From NCBI GenBank assembly GCA_038496445.1, contig JALMLS010000332.1, positions 186,001-250,000 of the forward strand: a stretch of DNA of 64,000 nucleotides. The letters run 5' to 3'. Below are positions 28,142 to 42,500 of the stretch, one piece after another. How positions within the stretch are numbered: position 1 is the first letter of the stretch; every line of letters begins with the position of its first letter. Source of the DNA: Trichosphaerium sp. ATCC 40318 (lineage: Eukaryota > Protista > Tubulinea). The translations under genes were made by a program, and so were the position numbers. Under the pieces are notes generated by a model that did not search any database, had not been told where the DNA came from, and worked only from the letters and a program-made list of their open reading frames with translations.

Positions 28142-30244
28142 TTATTTAGATGCTGATGGGCCTGAGGTGAAAAATAATTGTCTCATACCGATGGATAGGG
28201 AAAAGAGTGAAAATAGGGGAAAGTGTAGGTTATTTCTTAGTTGGCATAAATTTTTTTTATTTACAATTTTTTTTTGGTCTCTGAGAGGAAAGTTCATTAG
28301 AATGATGCCTTTGCAACATTTGTATATCCTAATCCACGACAAGAGAGTAGAATGGTATGTCCAGTATCACTCTTAATATCAAACTCAACACCAAAAAACT
28401 GTTTCAAGTGTCGCAAAAATTCTATCCTAAGGCAGGTGTGAGAAACAACATCCACATACTCGTTAAGTGAGGTTTGAAAAAAATATATTATAAGCTCAGT
28501 GGGATTTTATAATCATAAAGTCATTGGAAACCTGTGTTATTCGATCATCGTTTGTGAACAAAGTGTTCAAAAAAAGTTCAAAAAGAAATTAAAAATCTAA
28601 AAAAATCAAAGCTCCTTGATTGCTTACGTATACTCAGACAAGCGCCCCATGCGAATCTCTGAAACATCCTCTGAACCAAGGGCCATAAATAGGAGCATTA
28701 AACTCTGATTAAAACTATCAATACATCCTCCCTACAAAGAAAATGAGAAAAAACAGCAATTGTTGTTTCAAAAAAAGATAAACTCACGGCTAGTATATTT
28801 TGCAAAAGCTCATTTGCACAATCAGTAGCAATATCCTCAGGTGTCATTTGAGCACTCGCCATACGTTCTGATGAAATCAGACAACCGTTTTGACTCTCAG
28901 CAACCAATACAATACCTTAATCAACAAATCAGGAAACGGGTGCCGGTAAAAATGTACTGATTAAATAAATAACAATTTGTTCACCCATCATTAATACCGT
29001 TTTAAAAGCTAAACTATAAACAAACGATGTACTGTAATTACAAATACAGTAAAAAACAGGAATTTTCTACCTGTGTCTATCTAACAAAACAAAGATACTG
29101 TGGAGAAAAAAAATAAAGACCGTACCATAACCTGGTGAGTTACCAGCATCTTTACCAACATATCTATCATTATAAATGTATACATCTTGTATATACTTCA
29201 AAAGAAGACCTTTACAAACACGAGATAATCTGCTTACCTACTTGCAAAGTCAAGAACGATCGAACAACTGAATACGAAGATAGGAAAAATCAAAGCCATA
29301 ATAAACTTAGCGAATTACTTACCAACTGTGGTGATACACGTGTTGCAAAAGCAATACCCCTTACACGCCTTATTTTTCCTTCTTCAATGAGAGATATTGG
29401 TTTGAGTTCCCTTTTTGTAAGCAGTCAGCACAAACATGATTTCAAAAAAAAAATTAAACTTGGCATTGCATTGAATCCACAACTACGTACCTAACAACCG
29501 GGCAACGGAATGAAACTTCACCACCACCATTTGGTGGCGCACCACGCTTTGTTACTGCAAATGCTAGACCTTCTTCAACGCCAAAAAAATGAAGATTTGG
29601 CAATGTGACAGTTCTGAAGAGGTCAACCTAAAAAAAAGAAAAAATTTGGTTAGTTGTTATGCGTCAAGTTTGATGAATCTCAAAATAAACGTTTAAATTG
29701 GTGACGCACTGATATGTCGAGATTATTTGGATGATTTGTAACGCCTGTTAGAGTAACGACTAGTGGTTCTTTACAAAAAGGAGCAACAGCTACTAGAGCT
29801 TCTAGATAGTAACCAAGGGCGCGTGAACTGAGAGTTAAATTGGTTTTATGTCCATAAATAAGAAAATATACGCGTACTTTGGACAATTATGCGATACTTC
29901 GCCACCAACAAGAATACCAGGACGAAAGAACATTTTTGTACCTTATTGAGAAAAATTAGTTGAGAAAACGCAAAAAACCAGCTACCTGTGTCATTAATTT
30001 CCACACGCACGCCATTCATTATTCTTTCAAGCAATTGTATCAAACTAGCCTCATAATCTTATTTATGCGTCAATAAGGCTTGAAAGCGCATCGACTTACC
30101 CTTGAGACCAGGTTGACGCTCATTCGCACGAATTTCTGAAATAAAAAGGCTTCTGCCTGACAAACATGACAGAATTAGCCTCTGACGTAACCACGCAGCG
30201 CCATGAAACTTTACAATCTTGTCATTACCATCAGGTGTCGCCAT
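28142..30244 (-). CDS. RCL1: RNA 3'-terminal phosphate cyclase-like protein Rcl1, multi-exon
   Basis: FHGAAWLRQRLILSCLSGR..I.EIR...PGLKDYEASLIQLLE, RALGYYLE, GVTN, RGAPPNGGGEV motifs. Confidence 0.9.
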
Positions 30245-30365
30245 TTTCTTTTCGTTGTGTTGACTTAGCCGTGAATGGCTTAGCATCGCTTTTACGTGAA
30301 TATCTGTACTACGGTTTAATTATTTCGCCTTTTGAACAAAATCATAACTTTAAATAAGCATAACC

Positions 30366-32222
30366 ATGAAGCTTGAACTCGTATTGGTACTCGCCCTCTT
30401 TGCCCTACAGGTGCAAGGTCAAGTAAGTAGTGCTATGGCGCAAAACACTGCCACAGACCTTACTGAGTTTTGGAATACTGCCACAAGGTACTTTATTGCC
30501 TCATGAAGTCACTAACCCTCACATACAAGGTTGAACGCTGTAGCGGACAACCAGATACGTGTTGAAGTCGCCAGCGCCGCAATTCAATCATTTAATGCAG
30601 CTACAACCCAAATTGTATGTCATTTGCCGCCAACGCACCAAAACACTTTTGAACGTCATATTTGTTAATGATTAATCATAATTAATACCGCACAGCCACA
30701 AGACGCCTTCAATCCACCAGTGGGTACAACAGATGTTGACGAAAACAACTACGGAGCGTATCCTTACAGGTACAAACATAGCTGTGTTTCTCAAAAAATT
30801 TTGAAAAACGCTAAAACCGTACAGCGCAATCGGAAAAGTACACTACACGAACGGCGGTACGTCTACACACAGTTTAAAAACTAGGACATTTTAAAATAGC
30901 GGAACGCTAATTTCTCCTCAAAGGATCAAACTTTACCTGTTCTGGCGCTATTGTCGGCACTAACCTTGTAATGACTGCTGGCCACTGTGTCTCTGCAGGA
31001 GACGGAACCTGGTAAGAATTAGGCTTCTAAACAATCAAAAGTTTACATCGGTTTTTCTTTTTGGTTTTTTTTTGGACTTGTTAGTTATGTCAACTCACAA
31101 CTATTATAAAGGCACCGCGATTGGATATTCTCACCACAATACTCTGAAGGTAGGTTATAGGTTTAAACCAATCGTGTTGATTGACTCCTTGTAAGGTGTT
31201 GGTGAAATATGGGAAGCTGAGCAATTTTTTACTTTTTCTGCTTGGTACGTACACCAAGACCTTAATTTCATCGCTTGTATGTCTAATTTGTGCTCTAGGT
31301 TGAACGATGCAAACTATGCTAAGGACGTAGCTTTCGTTCAAATCAGGGTAGACTCACTATTTTTTAAGTTTCGCGTGTTGACACGTTGTAGCCGATTGAT
31401 GGTGTTTACATTGGTTCAAAATACACTCCTCTTAAAGTTGAGATAAATCCTAACGTATCTGATACTAGCCGTAAGTTATACCTATATTTATCTATCACTC
31501 ACTTACACGTGCGTTCTAGGTCCTTTCTTTGCTTCTCTTGGGTAAACAAAATTCTAAAGTACGCGAATTCCTAATACTGTTAGATACTCTGGTAATACTC
31601 TTTCACAAACTTTCAACTTTACTGGTGCTCAACATGCTGCCAATTCCGCTATGGGATTAGCATCCAGCCAGGCTGAAGGTTCTGCGGGTACGAAAACGGT
31701 TAACTTTAAAAAGAAACTGACTTGTAATTTAAGGATCACCTTGGTTATATAAAGTATCAATTGGTAGTGAGTCTGCAGCACATAACTTCGTATCAGGTAC
31801 GCAATATAAAGCCTATTCGGCATTTTTACTTTGAAGCATGTTCTCACCTTTATGGTTTAGGACTAACGAGCTACATTGCAACTGATCAATCCGGAACAAG
31901 GTGCCATTTTTCTTGTTCTTTCTGTTGTACTCAAACTATTTACTAGTTTCGGTTATGTGTTCTCTCCTTTACTTGATGACAGCGTACAAGGCATGCTCGT
32001 TGAAGCGTTAGGAGGTAACCTTTTTTTATTAGTAAGATTCGTTGTTTGCCTTACTTTTCTTTAGACTTTTTTATTACTCCACCTGCCGATGAACCTTTCG
32101 TTGAATCAAAAGTATTTCTTATTATTATTATACTTGTTGGTGGCGTAATTCTAGCTTCTTTGGTGTGTGCTGTCCTAGTATGCATTTGTAAACCAAAAGA
32201 AGACGTACTAAGAGAATGGTGA
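30366..32222 (+). CDS. Signal peptide + trypsin-fold (V8/glutamyl-endopeptidase-like) domain + C-terminal TM; probably catalytically inactive
   Basis: YPYSAIGKV, CSGAIVGTNLVMTAGHCV, KDVAFV, EGSAGSPW; TM VFLIIIILVGGVILASLVCAVLVCIC. Confidence 0.75.
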
Positions 32223-32533
32223 TTTAAGAAAAAAATTCCAAAATAGGTGTTAATAAAACAAATAATAGACTTAAATTATTGTGCCGTAGAGCAAGTGCTC
32301 CAAATGTTGTTGGTGTCTCGCCCTAAAAACATATGAGCTATTTATTTTACTTGAGACTGAACAACCAGGTGCCAAATGGTCATGTGGGCGTCCAATTTGA
32401 CAAATCCTTTTCTGAATAATTGACTTTGCTTGACAACAAGTACTCTTTCCATTTGTCTTTGTTGAACAAATTAACCGTTACTAACACGTAATTGAACTGT
32501 AAGGTACCAAATTGGGTTCAAACAATAGCTACA

Positions 32534-34180
32534 ATGCGCAGAACAACAATGTCATCAGCGAGGCGCGTTCCTATCAATAAGAAAAAACAGCCTAGATCAA
32601 CGTCTATTCCAATGAGAAGTGGTACCTACATATCTCCCGCGAAAATTTTAAATATTTGTAAAGGCAGACAAATAAAAAAACCACAAGTAAGAAAACAACC
32701 TACTACCACAAGAGGTATCCCTACCTACGCCAGAGAAATGCAGTCAGAGATTTCTGATTTAAAAAATCAAGTAAACACTCTCGTCGAGGTAAAACCCGCT
32801 AAAACAAGTGCATATTTAATTATCTCACACGCGTCAGTTGCTAGGTAAAGCGGTTGAACGTATAGAATCTCTAGAAAAGAACAAATACTCAAAGCCAGTA
32901 CAAGCTACGCGCGTAGAGGAACCAAAACAAGTACCAAAACCAAAACCAACGCAGCCAGTAGCAAAACAAACAAAACAACCAACGGCAACAAAACCGACAA
33001 AAACGGTCGTTACAAAACGACTTATCAAGCCTTTTAAACCAACAACAACCGCATTATTAAACAAGAAACCAATCCCACAACCAACAACAATAAAACCAGT
33101 AGAATCGTCGCTACCTAAACCGAAACCACAAGCAACACCTCATAGTCGCCCAAGAAAGAGTACAATATCACCTAGGACACCTGAGCTAGGTAAGAATAAA
33201 AATAAAAGGAAAAACTTTGCAAATAGATTCACCTTAAAACTAACTTTATTAAAGCTGACTTCGGTATCACTGCCCAGACGCTAGAACGTATTGGCAGCTT
33301 TAATATATCACCAAGTAAAATGATGCAAGTGCCAAAGCCAGCAATGCGTACAGATAACCAACAACAAATTGAAAACAAACCTGCAACTATACAACGTAAT
33401 GAAACAGTACCCGTTGCACGTCAACCAGCACATACTCGTTCCCCTATTAAAATGCATACTGCCGCTGTAATTCCTCAACAACACCAAGCACCAGCCCATG
33501 CTGTACAGCAACAACCAAGACAACAATCAAGGCAGCAACCTAGACAACAACAAAGGCAACAACCTGCTCCAGTACGTCCTCTCTACTCAATCTTTTTGTC
33601 TAGTCGTTGCCATTGTTATTAACTTTTTGTTTCTGTTTAGCAACCTCCACAACCTTCATATAACTATTATGAAAACGCTAGACCTCTCGAAGATATAACC
33701 ATCCCAAACATTAATACAGCACTAAAACTGGAATTAGAAGAAGCCTCAGAAAATGATGCATTCACGCCTGTTTCTACGCCTAAAAGCAACTCTCATCCTG
33801 GACCACATATCCAACAAACTGAACCAGAACGATTGCCTCTCAGAGAACGGTCTATTAACCTCCCAGCGACGAAAATATCGTTACCAGTACCAAGCATGAG
33901 AAAAGAAGAACCAATGCAAGACAAGTCATCTTCTTTTATCCAACCAGTCGATTTGGAAGAATACAACTCGACAATGGCGTCTTGGCGCACTTCTGTATCC
34001 TTTGAGGTAATTAAACTTGGTGTTAAGACATCCCACCATAAAAACCACCACTCCAACATGCTTAACCCTCTATAGGAATTGAACTCTCTGGTGGAGCGTA
34101 TAAATGATTTTATGATCAAAAAAGATTACAATTATATCACTGAAGACGATATGATTGATGAAATAGATGCAGGCACGTGA
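32534..34180 (+). CDS. Hypothetical low-complexity (K/P/T/Q-rich) protein with short coiled coil, multi-exon
   Basis: Consecutive open exons with GT-AG boundaries; QQQPRQQSRQQPRQQQRQQ repeat; acidic C-terminus. Confidence 0.6.
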
Positions 34181-34438
34181 TATTTTTAAATGTATTAGTG
34201 TCATCACGTGTTTGATAGTTTTTTTAACGGTTGTTTTTTTGCTCACATCCTTTTTTCCTTAGGCTCTGTTACAAAGGCTGTACTTCTTATATTAGTTAAA
34301 TTGAAGCGTTGTAAACGTGCTAAACATCAAGGCATGACAATCTTTGAGTTCTTTTAACACGAGAAGGACTTTTATTGAAGAGAATCTTGCAGATTTTTTT
34401 ATTGCGCTTCTTTTTCATTCACACAAAAAACACAACAA

Positions 34439-35939
34439 ATGGCAACACGATCTACAGGCAGCTCAAAACCTGCTCGTAGCAAAAGCAAGAAGCGCAAGTC
34501 AAAGCATCCTTCAAATGGTATTTTTTGCCCTCCTTTTGTAAATAATTGTACAAAAACTACTAAAAAAACACTATACACGCTTTAAATTATAATATCGGAG
34601 GTTTACAGACGAACTGTCATTAATGCCCGAATTTGATTTTTCTAAATCCTAATTTCTAAGTCCCAAGCGTTCTTTTTTACTTTGTAATATTGCCATTAGA
34701 GTGGCATAGCTTATAGAACAGCTAGAGCAACAGATTTGCCTCCCGCGAGCATGTCTGACTCGATGAACACAGTAACGCAGCAATTGCCTCAAGCACTTGC
34801 TGAATTGCGTAAAACTCACCAAACGATGACTCAAATTGCAACACATTGCAGAGATGGTCGTAAAAAGGACGACTATGACGCGATCTACAAAAAGACGCAG
34901 GATTATACTAAAGATACCCTCATGAATGTGGCATACCACGTTCACACTGTGGGAACTCATTTGAACAATTTCTTGCAACTACAAGCAAGAGAACTAGAAA
35001 AATTAGAATTGGAGATGCAAACGTTTTCAGACGTACGTAAACAGTGTTATGTAGTGTTTACTGCAATTATTACAAATAACAGTGTTTTTTAACGATTTTT
35101 TTTGTAGCACCTTCGCGCTTTGCATGACTACTCTGGCGCAAAGGGATTTGAGCAAGTAGAGTACGTAAGAGGTTATGTTGAGGGTAGGAAGGTCATCCAA
35201 CTCGACGATCAACAAATGCCTGAGTCTTCTAAGCCAGGACAACCATTTATACGCCAACGCGTTTCATTACAGGCAAGATAACGTTGATCTTTTTTTTTGT
35301 TATTGTTAGCGCCGCTGCAGTGTACCTAGCGTTGTCGTAGGCGCGTGGGAACAATATATCATTTTTACAACTCATTTATACGTCAAAACTACAAGTATTC
35401 ACACTGACCTAGAATCTTGATACAATGAACTTGCATTACGCTTGGGACCCTGCTAAAGTAGCTCTTGCACCAATTCCATCAGGAACAAAGATACCAAGTA
35501 AGAGAGAACGTCGTAAGACTCATAAATCCAGCACTGGAAGCAGAGTACGATCATTTTTATTACTCGTATTTTATAGCATATAAAAAAAATTAACTTATGC
35601 ATTTAGACGCCAAGGAGAAAGTCAATATCTCAAAGCCAACGTACGTTGGGCTGCATAATACCATTTATTAAACATTTTACTTATACATATTTTTTAATAG
35701 CGCCTCCTCCAACAAGTTCAGCACCTGCTCCGCCACCAATTGCCACAAATAATCTACCACCTCCACCTGATGTGGATGTTTTACCACCGCCTCCAATGGA
35801 AGTAGCACCTCCACCTCCTATGGGTATGGCGCCTCCACCTCCTCCTGTTGGTGGAGACCTACCACCTCCTCCAGATAGTGATGCACCGCCTCCGCCTCCA
35901 CCTGTTGGTAGTGCACCTCCACCTCCACCTCCGTTGTAA
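34439..35939 (+). CDS. Abl-interactor (Abi; SCAR/WAVE complex subunit), polyproline tail, no SH3
   Basis: ALAELRKTHQTMTQIATHC...KTQDYTKDTLMNVAYHVHTVGTHLNNFLQLQ matches the Abi N-terminal region; PPPP-rich C-terminus. Confidence 0.8.
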
Positions 35940-36206
35940 ATTAAGTTACTATTGTTATTGGGATACAGAGATACAAGTCCTGTTTAAAAAAACCCACTTT
36001 GGCTACATAGGAGTGAGAATAAATCATTTAGCTCCAATTTATGACATGTTTCACTTGTAGTGAAATTACCTTGGGTTGACAAGGGTATTAGAAAAAACCT
36101 TGACACACGTGAAAGAAGAATGCGAAGCGAGCCAAATTGGGGAATTTAAGTGAAAACACTCACTGAACGAGCGGTTATTTTTTGAAGTATTTTGTTACTG
36201 TACGCA

Positions 36207-37433
36207 ATGGAACCAAATACCTTCACTCCTTTCTGTAAAGTACCGAAAACAACATCGAACTGGCTTACAACTCCACCAAAAGCTGCAAAGTGGATAGGTG
36301 AGTGCGTCACAGTCTGTAGTTGCTAAATAGAGCGTAGTAACCGAGAAAATTCATGGTGCTAATTTCTGCTTTATATCGGACGGTTCTATCATCACTTGCG
36401 CTAAAAGGACTGGATTGCTTGAACCTGGCGATAATTTCTTTGGCTATAAGGTATTTCCTTTACTTGATGACGCGTTAACATTCGCAGAGCGTTTTAAAGT
36501 CCCTTGAGACTAAAATAGGAGAATTACACGTTGTTGTGGCTAAAAAATACAACGCAACTCGTTTATTCGTTTACGGTACAGTGAAAACGCTTTAAAACGA
36601 CTGATTATAGCGTAGGAGAGTTGTTTGGTGGAGAATACCCTCATCCAAATGTGACACCTGACACTTCTGTGGAGGCCGTTCAAACTGGCATTTATTACTC
36701 TCCTAACATCGAATTTTGTGCTTTTGATATTGCAATTGAAGGCTCTGATGGTATTCACAAGTACCTTGATTTTGAGGTTTCTCTTGCTCTTTTTAAACAA
36801 GTTGGTATTCTCTACTCTGTACCACTATTCACTGGAACATATGAAGCAACTCTTAACTACAATATCAAATTCGAGTCTACAATTCCGAAACTATTGGATT
36901 TACCGCCTCTACCTTCGGGTAATTTGGCAGAAGGTGTTGTTATAAAACCAGCAAAGGAGGTTATAGTAAAAACAAAACGTGGCACAACAAGGGCAATAGT
37001 AAAAAGGAAAATTGATGAGTTTTCTGAAAAAAAATATAGTCAAGCTAAAAAGCCTTCATCGTCAATTGATGGACATGTCAAAATGTCTTGTTGTGATTTA
37101 CTAAAATTAGAAATATCATATTATATTACAGATGCGAGAGTACAGACTGCTATTTCAAAACTAGGTAAGTGTATTTATGATCAGGCTAGGAAGTAACAAA
37201 AGTTTTGATTTTTTTTTCTTCAAGGTAGGATTAAACGTGGAGATAGATCAAAGGTTAGGCAAGTTCTATTTCCTTATTATGTTGGTGATGTATTGGATTC
37301 ATTAAGAGAAGATAATGAGGGTGAGTGGGATAATCTAACATTAAAGGATAAGAGTGACTTAAAGGAAGAAACAGAAAAGCTTACAAAAGAGTTTTTAACT
37401 TCACATTTCAATAACTTATGGTCTCGAAAGTAG
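36207..37433 (+). CDS. RNA ligase 2 (T4 Rnl2/RNA-editing-ligase family), multi-exon
   Basis: Motif I TEKIHGANF, AKRTG, YGELFGG, YSPNIEFCAFDI, AEGVVIKP, IVKRK. Confidence 0.9.
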
Positions 37434-37738
37434 TAGCATACCAAAAAGCCATCTGTAATACATAGAGTGCCAATATTTATATGAAAGTATCTATCTTCTC
37501 AATGTTAGTATGTTAAGTCTCCACAAAACAGTGTCAACCTTGTTTCAGCTAACGGCTGAAAACTCGATAAATTTGACCGCTAAGTTCGTTTACCCATCAA
37601 ACTTCGTTCTTGCCTATTGGTTCTGCGCTTATAATGTTTCTCCACCAAAATACCCGCTTTTGTAGAATGTTCTGGAAGGTATCTTCTAGAAACATCTGTG
37701 CTCCACCATAATTTCATTACACTACAAGCGCTACAACT

Positions 37739-38673
37739 ATGCCTATAATAAAGAGACCATCTAAAGAAAGAGGACACGCAAACCACGGTTGGTTAGATGT
37801 ACGTTATTACTCTACTTGTACTAGATAGCTAATAAGCCCTTCAGACATACCACACGTTTGCGTTTGCGAGTTATTGGGACAACAAACACGACGGATTTCG
37901 CTCCTTACGCGTTTTAAACGAAGACAGAGTGGATCCAAGCAACGGATTCCCTACTCACCCTCATAGAAATTATGAGATATTTTCTTACGTTGTGGACGGC
38001 GCTCTACGCCATGAAGATAGTGTAGGAAGCTCTGAGGTAATTTCTAGAGGTATGTTCAGAAAGTTTTTCTCCGCGTGAGAGAAAATATACTTACGCTGGC
38101 CTCTTAGGAATGGTTCAGTTCACTAGTGCTGGGAGAGGAGTCACTCACTCTGAATTTAATGCCAGTGACGAAGATAAAGTTCATTTCATTCAAATTTGGG
38201 TGAAGCCAAGCAAACTCAATACCAAGCCATCATACAGTACAAAGGTGGCGTAATAATGCGCACAATGACATATTGACACTTTGTGTAGAGATTTCCTGAT
38301 TCTGCAAAGCAAGACAAGTTGTGCTTACTAGTTTCTCACGATGGCGCCAATAAGTCTATAAAGGTGAAGCAAGATATGAAGACATTCGCTTGCATACTAA
38401 GCGAGGGCAAAACTGTCTCTCATACGCTTGAAAAGGTGCGACAATCTTTTCTTATTTATTACTGTTTTTGAGGCATGTTTTTTTTTTGCTTACACTATGT
38501 CTTAGGGACGCCACGCATACATTCACGTTATTGATAGAGGTGAAAGCACCCTGATAATTAATGACGTTGAGTTAAAAAACGGTGATGGTGCTTACATTTC
38601 GGATGAAACGGCGTTCAGTATGAAATGCAAAAGCAAGGTTCCAGCAGAGTTCTTACTTTTTGATTTGGCGTAA
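37739..38673 (+). CDS. Pirin family protein (YhhW-like), multi-exon
   Basis: RGHANHGWLDTYHTFAFASY, LRVLNEDRV, FPTHPHRNYEIFSY, SAGRGVTHSEFN, FIQIW, EFLLFDL. Confidence 0.92.
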
Positions 38674-38884
38674 AAACACGTCACCAACAAACCACTTGTA
38701 CATTACACAATTAAATAAAAATTATTATGTCTTTACATGGTGTCTAAGGGTCCTTAATATTACTCAGGTAATTGATGACATTTACTGGACGTGTCAGCAT
38801 TGAATTTGCGTGAAAGTTGCAAGTAGAATTTTCGATTATTTTCTATACTTTCTGCAACGTGGGCTGTAGTGCGGTGAAGCGATA

Positions 38885-39394
38885 ATGCAATTTGTTAAGC
38901 GTTGTTTGACAGGGAGATTGCGGCAAAGGACGCGCCTGTACTTGGCAGCTGTAGCAATTCTGTTTTTATTGTTTGTAATGTTCACTACGCCCATCAGTAA
39001 GGCGCATGAAAAGTCTGAGACGATACTCCCATTAAAAGGCTGCCCAAACACTAAGTTCTCCATGGAAGACATTAAGAAGCACCAATGCGAAGTAAACGCA
39101 GAAGAATATGATTTGTGGCTTACTATTGATAATAAAGTGTATGATGTAACAAAATGGAGTACGTGAACCATAACTGCGCGTTATATAGCGTCCAGCTTGA
39201 TTTTAGGCTCATTTCATTTTATACTGACACCATTCACAGTACCACAACACCCTGGCGCTGAAATGATATGTATGGGTGGAGGTAAAGATGCTTCTGACGA
39301 GTTTAATTCACGACACTCCGAATACGCACGATCCTTGCTTATTAACTACTGTATTGGGCATTTAAAAAGTGACAGTGAAATAGGCATTAACTAG
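38885..39394 (+). CDS. Cytochrome b5-domain protein with N-terminal TM segment (one intron)
   Basis: LWLTIDNKVYDVTKW-(intron)-PQHPGAE..GGKDASDEFNSRHSEYA. Confidence 0.88.
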
Positions 39395-39560
39395 GCCTGT
39401 ATTTATATAGCTTGTGGCTTTAATTGAGTATCTCTTGTACAATAATAACAATTTTTATTTCCGAAACAAACCAGGGTATTATTTTCCGTCAGGGAAAATG
39501 TCAACCGTTTGTCAATAACGTTACGTAGAACAACGTAAAACGGAAGTTACGCCATGTGCA

Positions 39561-42500
39561 ATGTCTAGCGACCCGCCAGAACCTACCTCGTATGCTGGAA
39601 GACGAAAGTACGATTTTTAGCGTTTGGCATACATGTTATGTAAAGTAACACCTCCAATATACGTTTAAGCGCTTATAAGAGACTAGAGCAAGGCTAGCGC
39701 GTCAAGCACAAGCGAGAACACCATGGAACTCTACAAGAGCTGATGTAGCGCACTTTGAAGGTGTTTTCTTACGTTAATTAGGCAAAATCTTCAATTCAAA
39801 CCACCCCAAAAAAAGAACTTGATCCATCGTCAAATAAACTAGGTACTACCATAGCAGAAAGACGTCGTCTACGGGAACAAAGACGACTTGAAGCAGAAAA
39901 ACGTAATCAAGAATGGGAGGAAAAACGTGCTGTACGCTATAAGCGCTTTTGGCGCGCGTTGGAGAGCCTAAAAAAGCACTGTGTAAAAAAATAGTAACAT
40001 TTAAAATAGGAACGTATTGCTGCGCGTAAGCGTGAGAGGGAGGAGCGTAGAAAGGAGCTAGAAGCTCAACTGGAAAAAGAAAAAGAGGAGAGGAGATTAA
40101 AGCGCGAAGAAAGACGCCGAAAACTTGCTTTGGAGCAACAAAAACTAGACAAAGAAATGGCTGAGAGAAGAAGTAGGCGTCTTAGAAGACGTGAACAGCG
40201 TAGATCCGTGCTTGGTTCACGTACTCATGTTCAAGAGCTTGAATTTAGCTCTGTTGATGATCTCCCTTCAAGCCTTTCAAGCCTTGACGGTTCAATGTCA
40301 AACAGAGAGATGTCTTTACAGCAAGATTTAGATACTATAGAGAGATCACAGCCAAAGAGTAGCTCTGCTAGAGAGAGTAGCTTAGTCATAAGAAGGAAAA
40401 GACGTGACGTACGAATTTTTGAATCTATCTCTTTAGCTTTTACTTCTACGCGAAATAATTCGTTTACGCGCAGTAATCTAAGTAACTATGCGCGTAGCTG
40501 TAGAAAAAACCCTTAGCTTCTTCAACTGACATATTTTGTTAGCCCGATTTTGAGTATTTTCGGGCAATGGATAGACCTTTGGCATACGTTAAAACACCAT
40601 GTCGTGTTAGACTATCAACAGAGAATTGCTATAGAGGTTCTAGACCGAATATAAGAGTATTGAAGGCGCATATGAAGGTAGAAGGAAAATTATCAAAGAA
40701 ACTGGCTTTAAAACTCCTTGAGTATGTTTAAACGGCTTGAATTCAAGAATTCTTGATTTATAATGTGTTGTAGAGATGCTCGTGGTGTATTTACTACTGA
40801 AAAGAACTGTATATCGGTTTCTGCTCCTGTAAACATTGTTGGGGATGTACATGGTCAGTTTTATGATTTACTGGCACTTATGGATAACGGTGGGCCGCCA
40901 CGTTCTACGAACTATTTGTTCCTTGGTAAGGACACTCTTAGAGATTGACAGATACGTTTGACACTCTCTTTAGGTGACTATGTCGATCGTGGTGCTTTTG
41001 GAACAGAAGTATTGTTCTATTTGCTTGCAAATAAAATAAACTTTCCAAATAAGTTTTTAATGATTCGTGGTAATCACGAATCAAGGGCTATGACAGGTTG
41101 GACTACTTTTTTTTTTTTTTTGATTTTAAACCTTTTTCTTGCTGTTTGATTTCTCCTGTATTTTGAACGATAATGGGGTATCTGTCTGTTGTTTGTGTTC
41201 TAATTGGTTTTCTAGAATGGCATAATTTTCAAGCGGAATGTATGGTAAAGTATGACCAAGGTATTTATAAATCAAGCAATTATACTATCAAGTGTTTTGT
41301 TTTTCTTTTCTGATTAATTTTTTGATTTTAGAGGTTTATGATGCTGCTCTTGAGACTTTTAATGCTATGCCAATAGCAGCTGTTGTTGAGACAATAGGTG
41401 TTGGTATGTAACTGTAAAATTACTACAACGGCCGTTGTAGGATTAATTATTTTTTTTGTTCTTTAGGTAATTTCTTTTGTTGTCATGGTGGATTATCTCC
41501 ACAATTTAAGACTCTGAGAGATGTCAATGCTATTGATAGATTCAAAGAACCTCCTTCAAAAGGTAATTATTAATAATGATTATTTTATTGGTTTAACAAA
41601 TATGTGTAGGTCCTCTATGCGATATTTTGTGGTCTGATCCACTTGATGATCGTAATGGTTATAATCAAAAATTTACAAGAAATTTTGATCGTGATTGTAG
41701 TTACTTTTATGGATTTGAAGCTATGCTTCAGTTCCTAGATAAGAATAATTTTACTTCTATTATTAGAGCACATCAGGTTAAAGAGGTATGTACATACAAC
41801 CATATTGTTTTTTTTCTTTTTCTTCTCGTATTTTAATTAGTTTCAACATTTATCTTATTTCCTTCAGCAAGGATATGAAGAGTATAGGCATCCAGAACAA
41901 CCAAGTTCTCGTACTTATCCTCTGTGTATTACAGTATTTAGTGCGCCTAATTATTGTGATACTTTTGAGAATGCAGGAGCGTTTCTGCGTCTTGATAATA
42001 GAGGTTAGTTTTTTTTTTATTGTTTGGATCAAAAAACGGCGTGCAAATGCACGTTGTCTTTGCTTTTTTGTTCAAATATTTCGCTGGTAATTTATTTGAT
42101 TGCGTTGTATTCATTCATTTGCTAGGATTTACAAGACAGCAGTTTACATGGACAGAGCACCCATACTGTCTTCCTAACTTTCAAAACGCTTTCTCATTTT
42201 CTATGCCATACTTAGCAGAGACAATGTTACGTTTAGTTAACGCTGTCGTTGCACAGGATGACGATGAAGAAGAAGAGGATAAAAGTGATGCTAAAGATAG
42301 TGAAGAAAGTAAGGAAGAGGATAAAAAGCTTAAGGAGAGGCTGAAATTCATGATTGATGGATTCGCAAAAGAACGCGAAGAAAATGAAAAAATGATACAA
42401 CCATTGGAAGATAAACTAAAGGATTTACTCGATCCAGAGTCACGTGTCAGAAGTATGTTTTTTTTCATCAAATGTTGCACTACTGTTGTTTTAAATCAAG

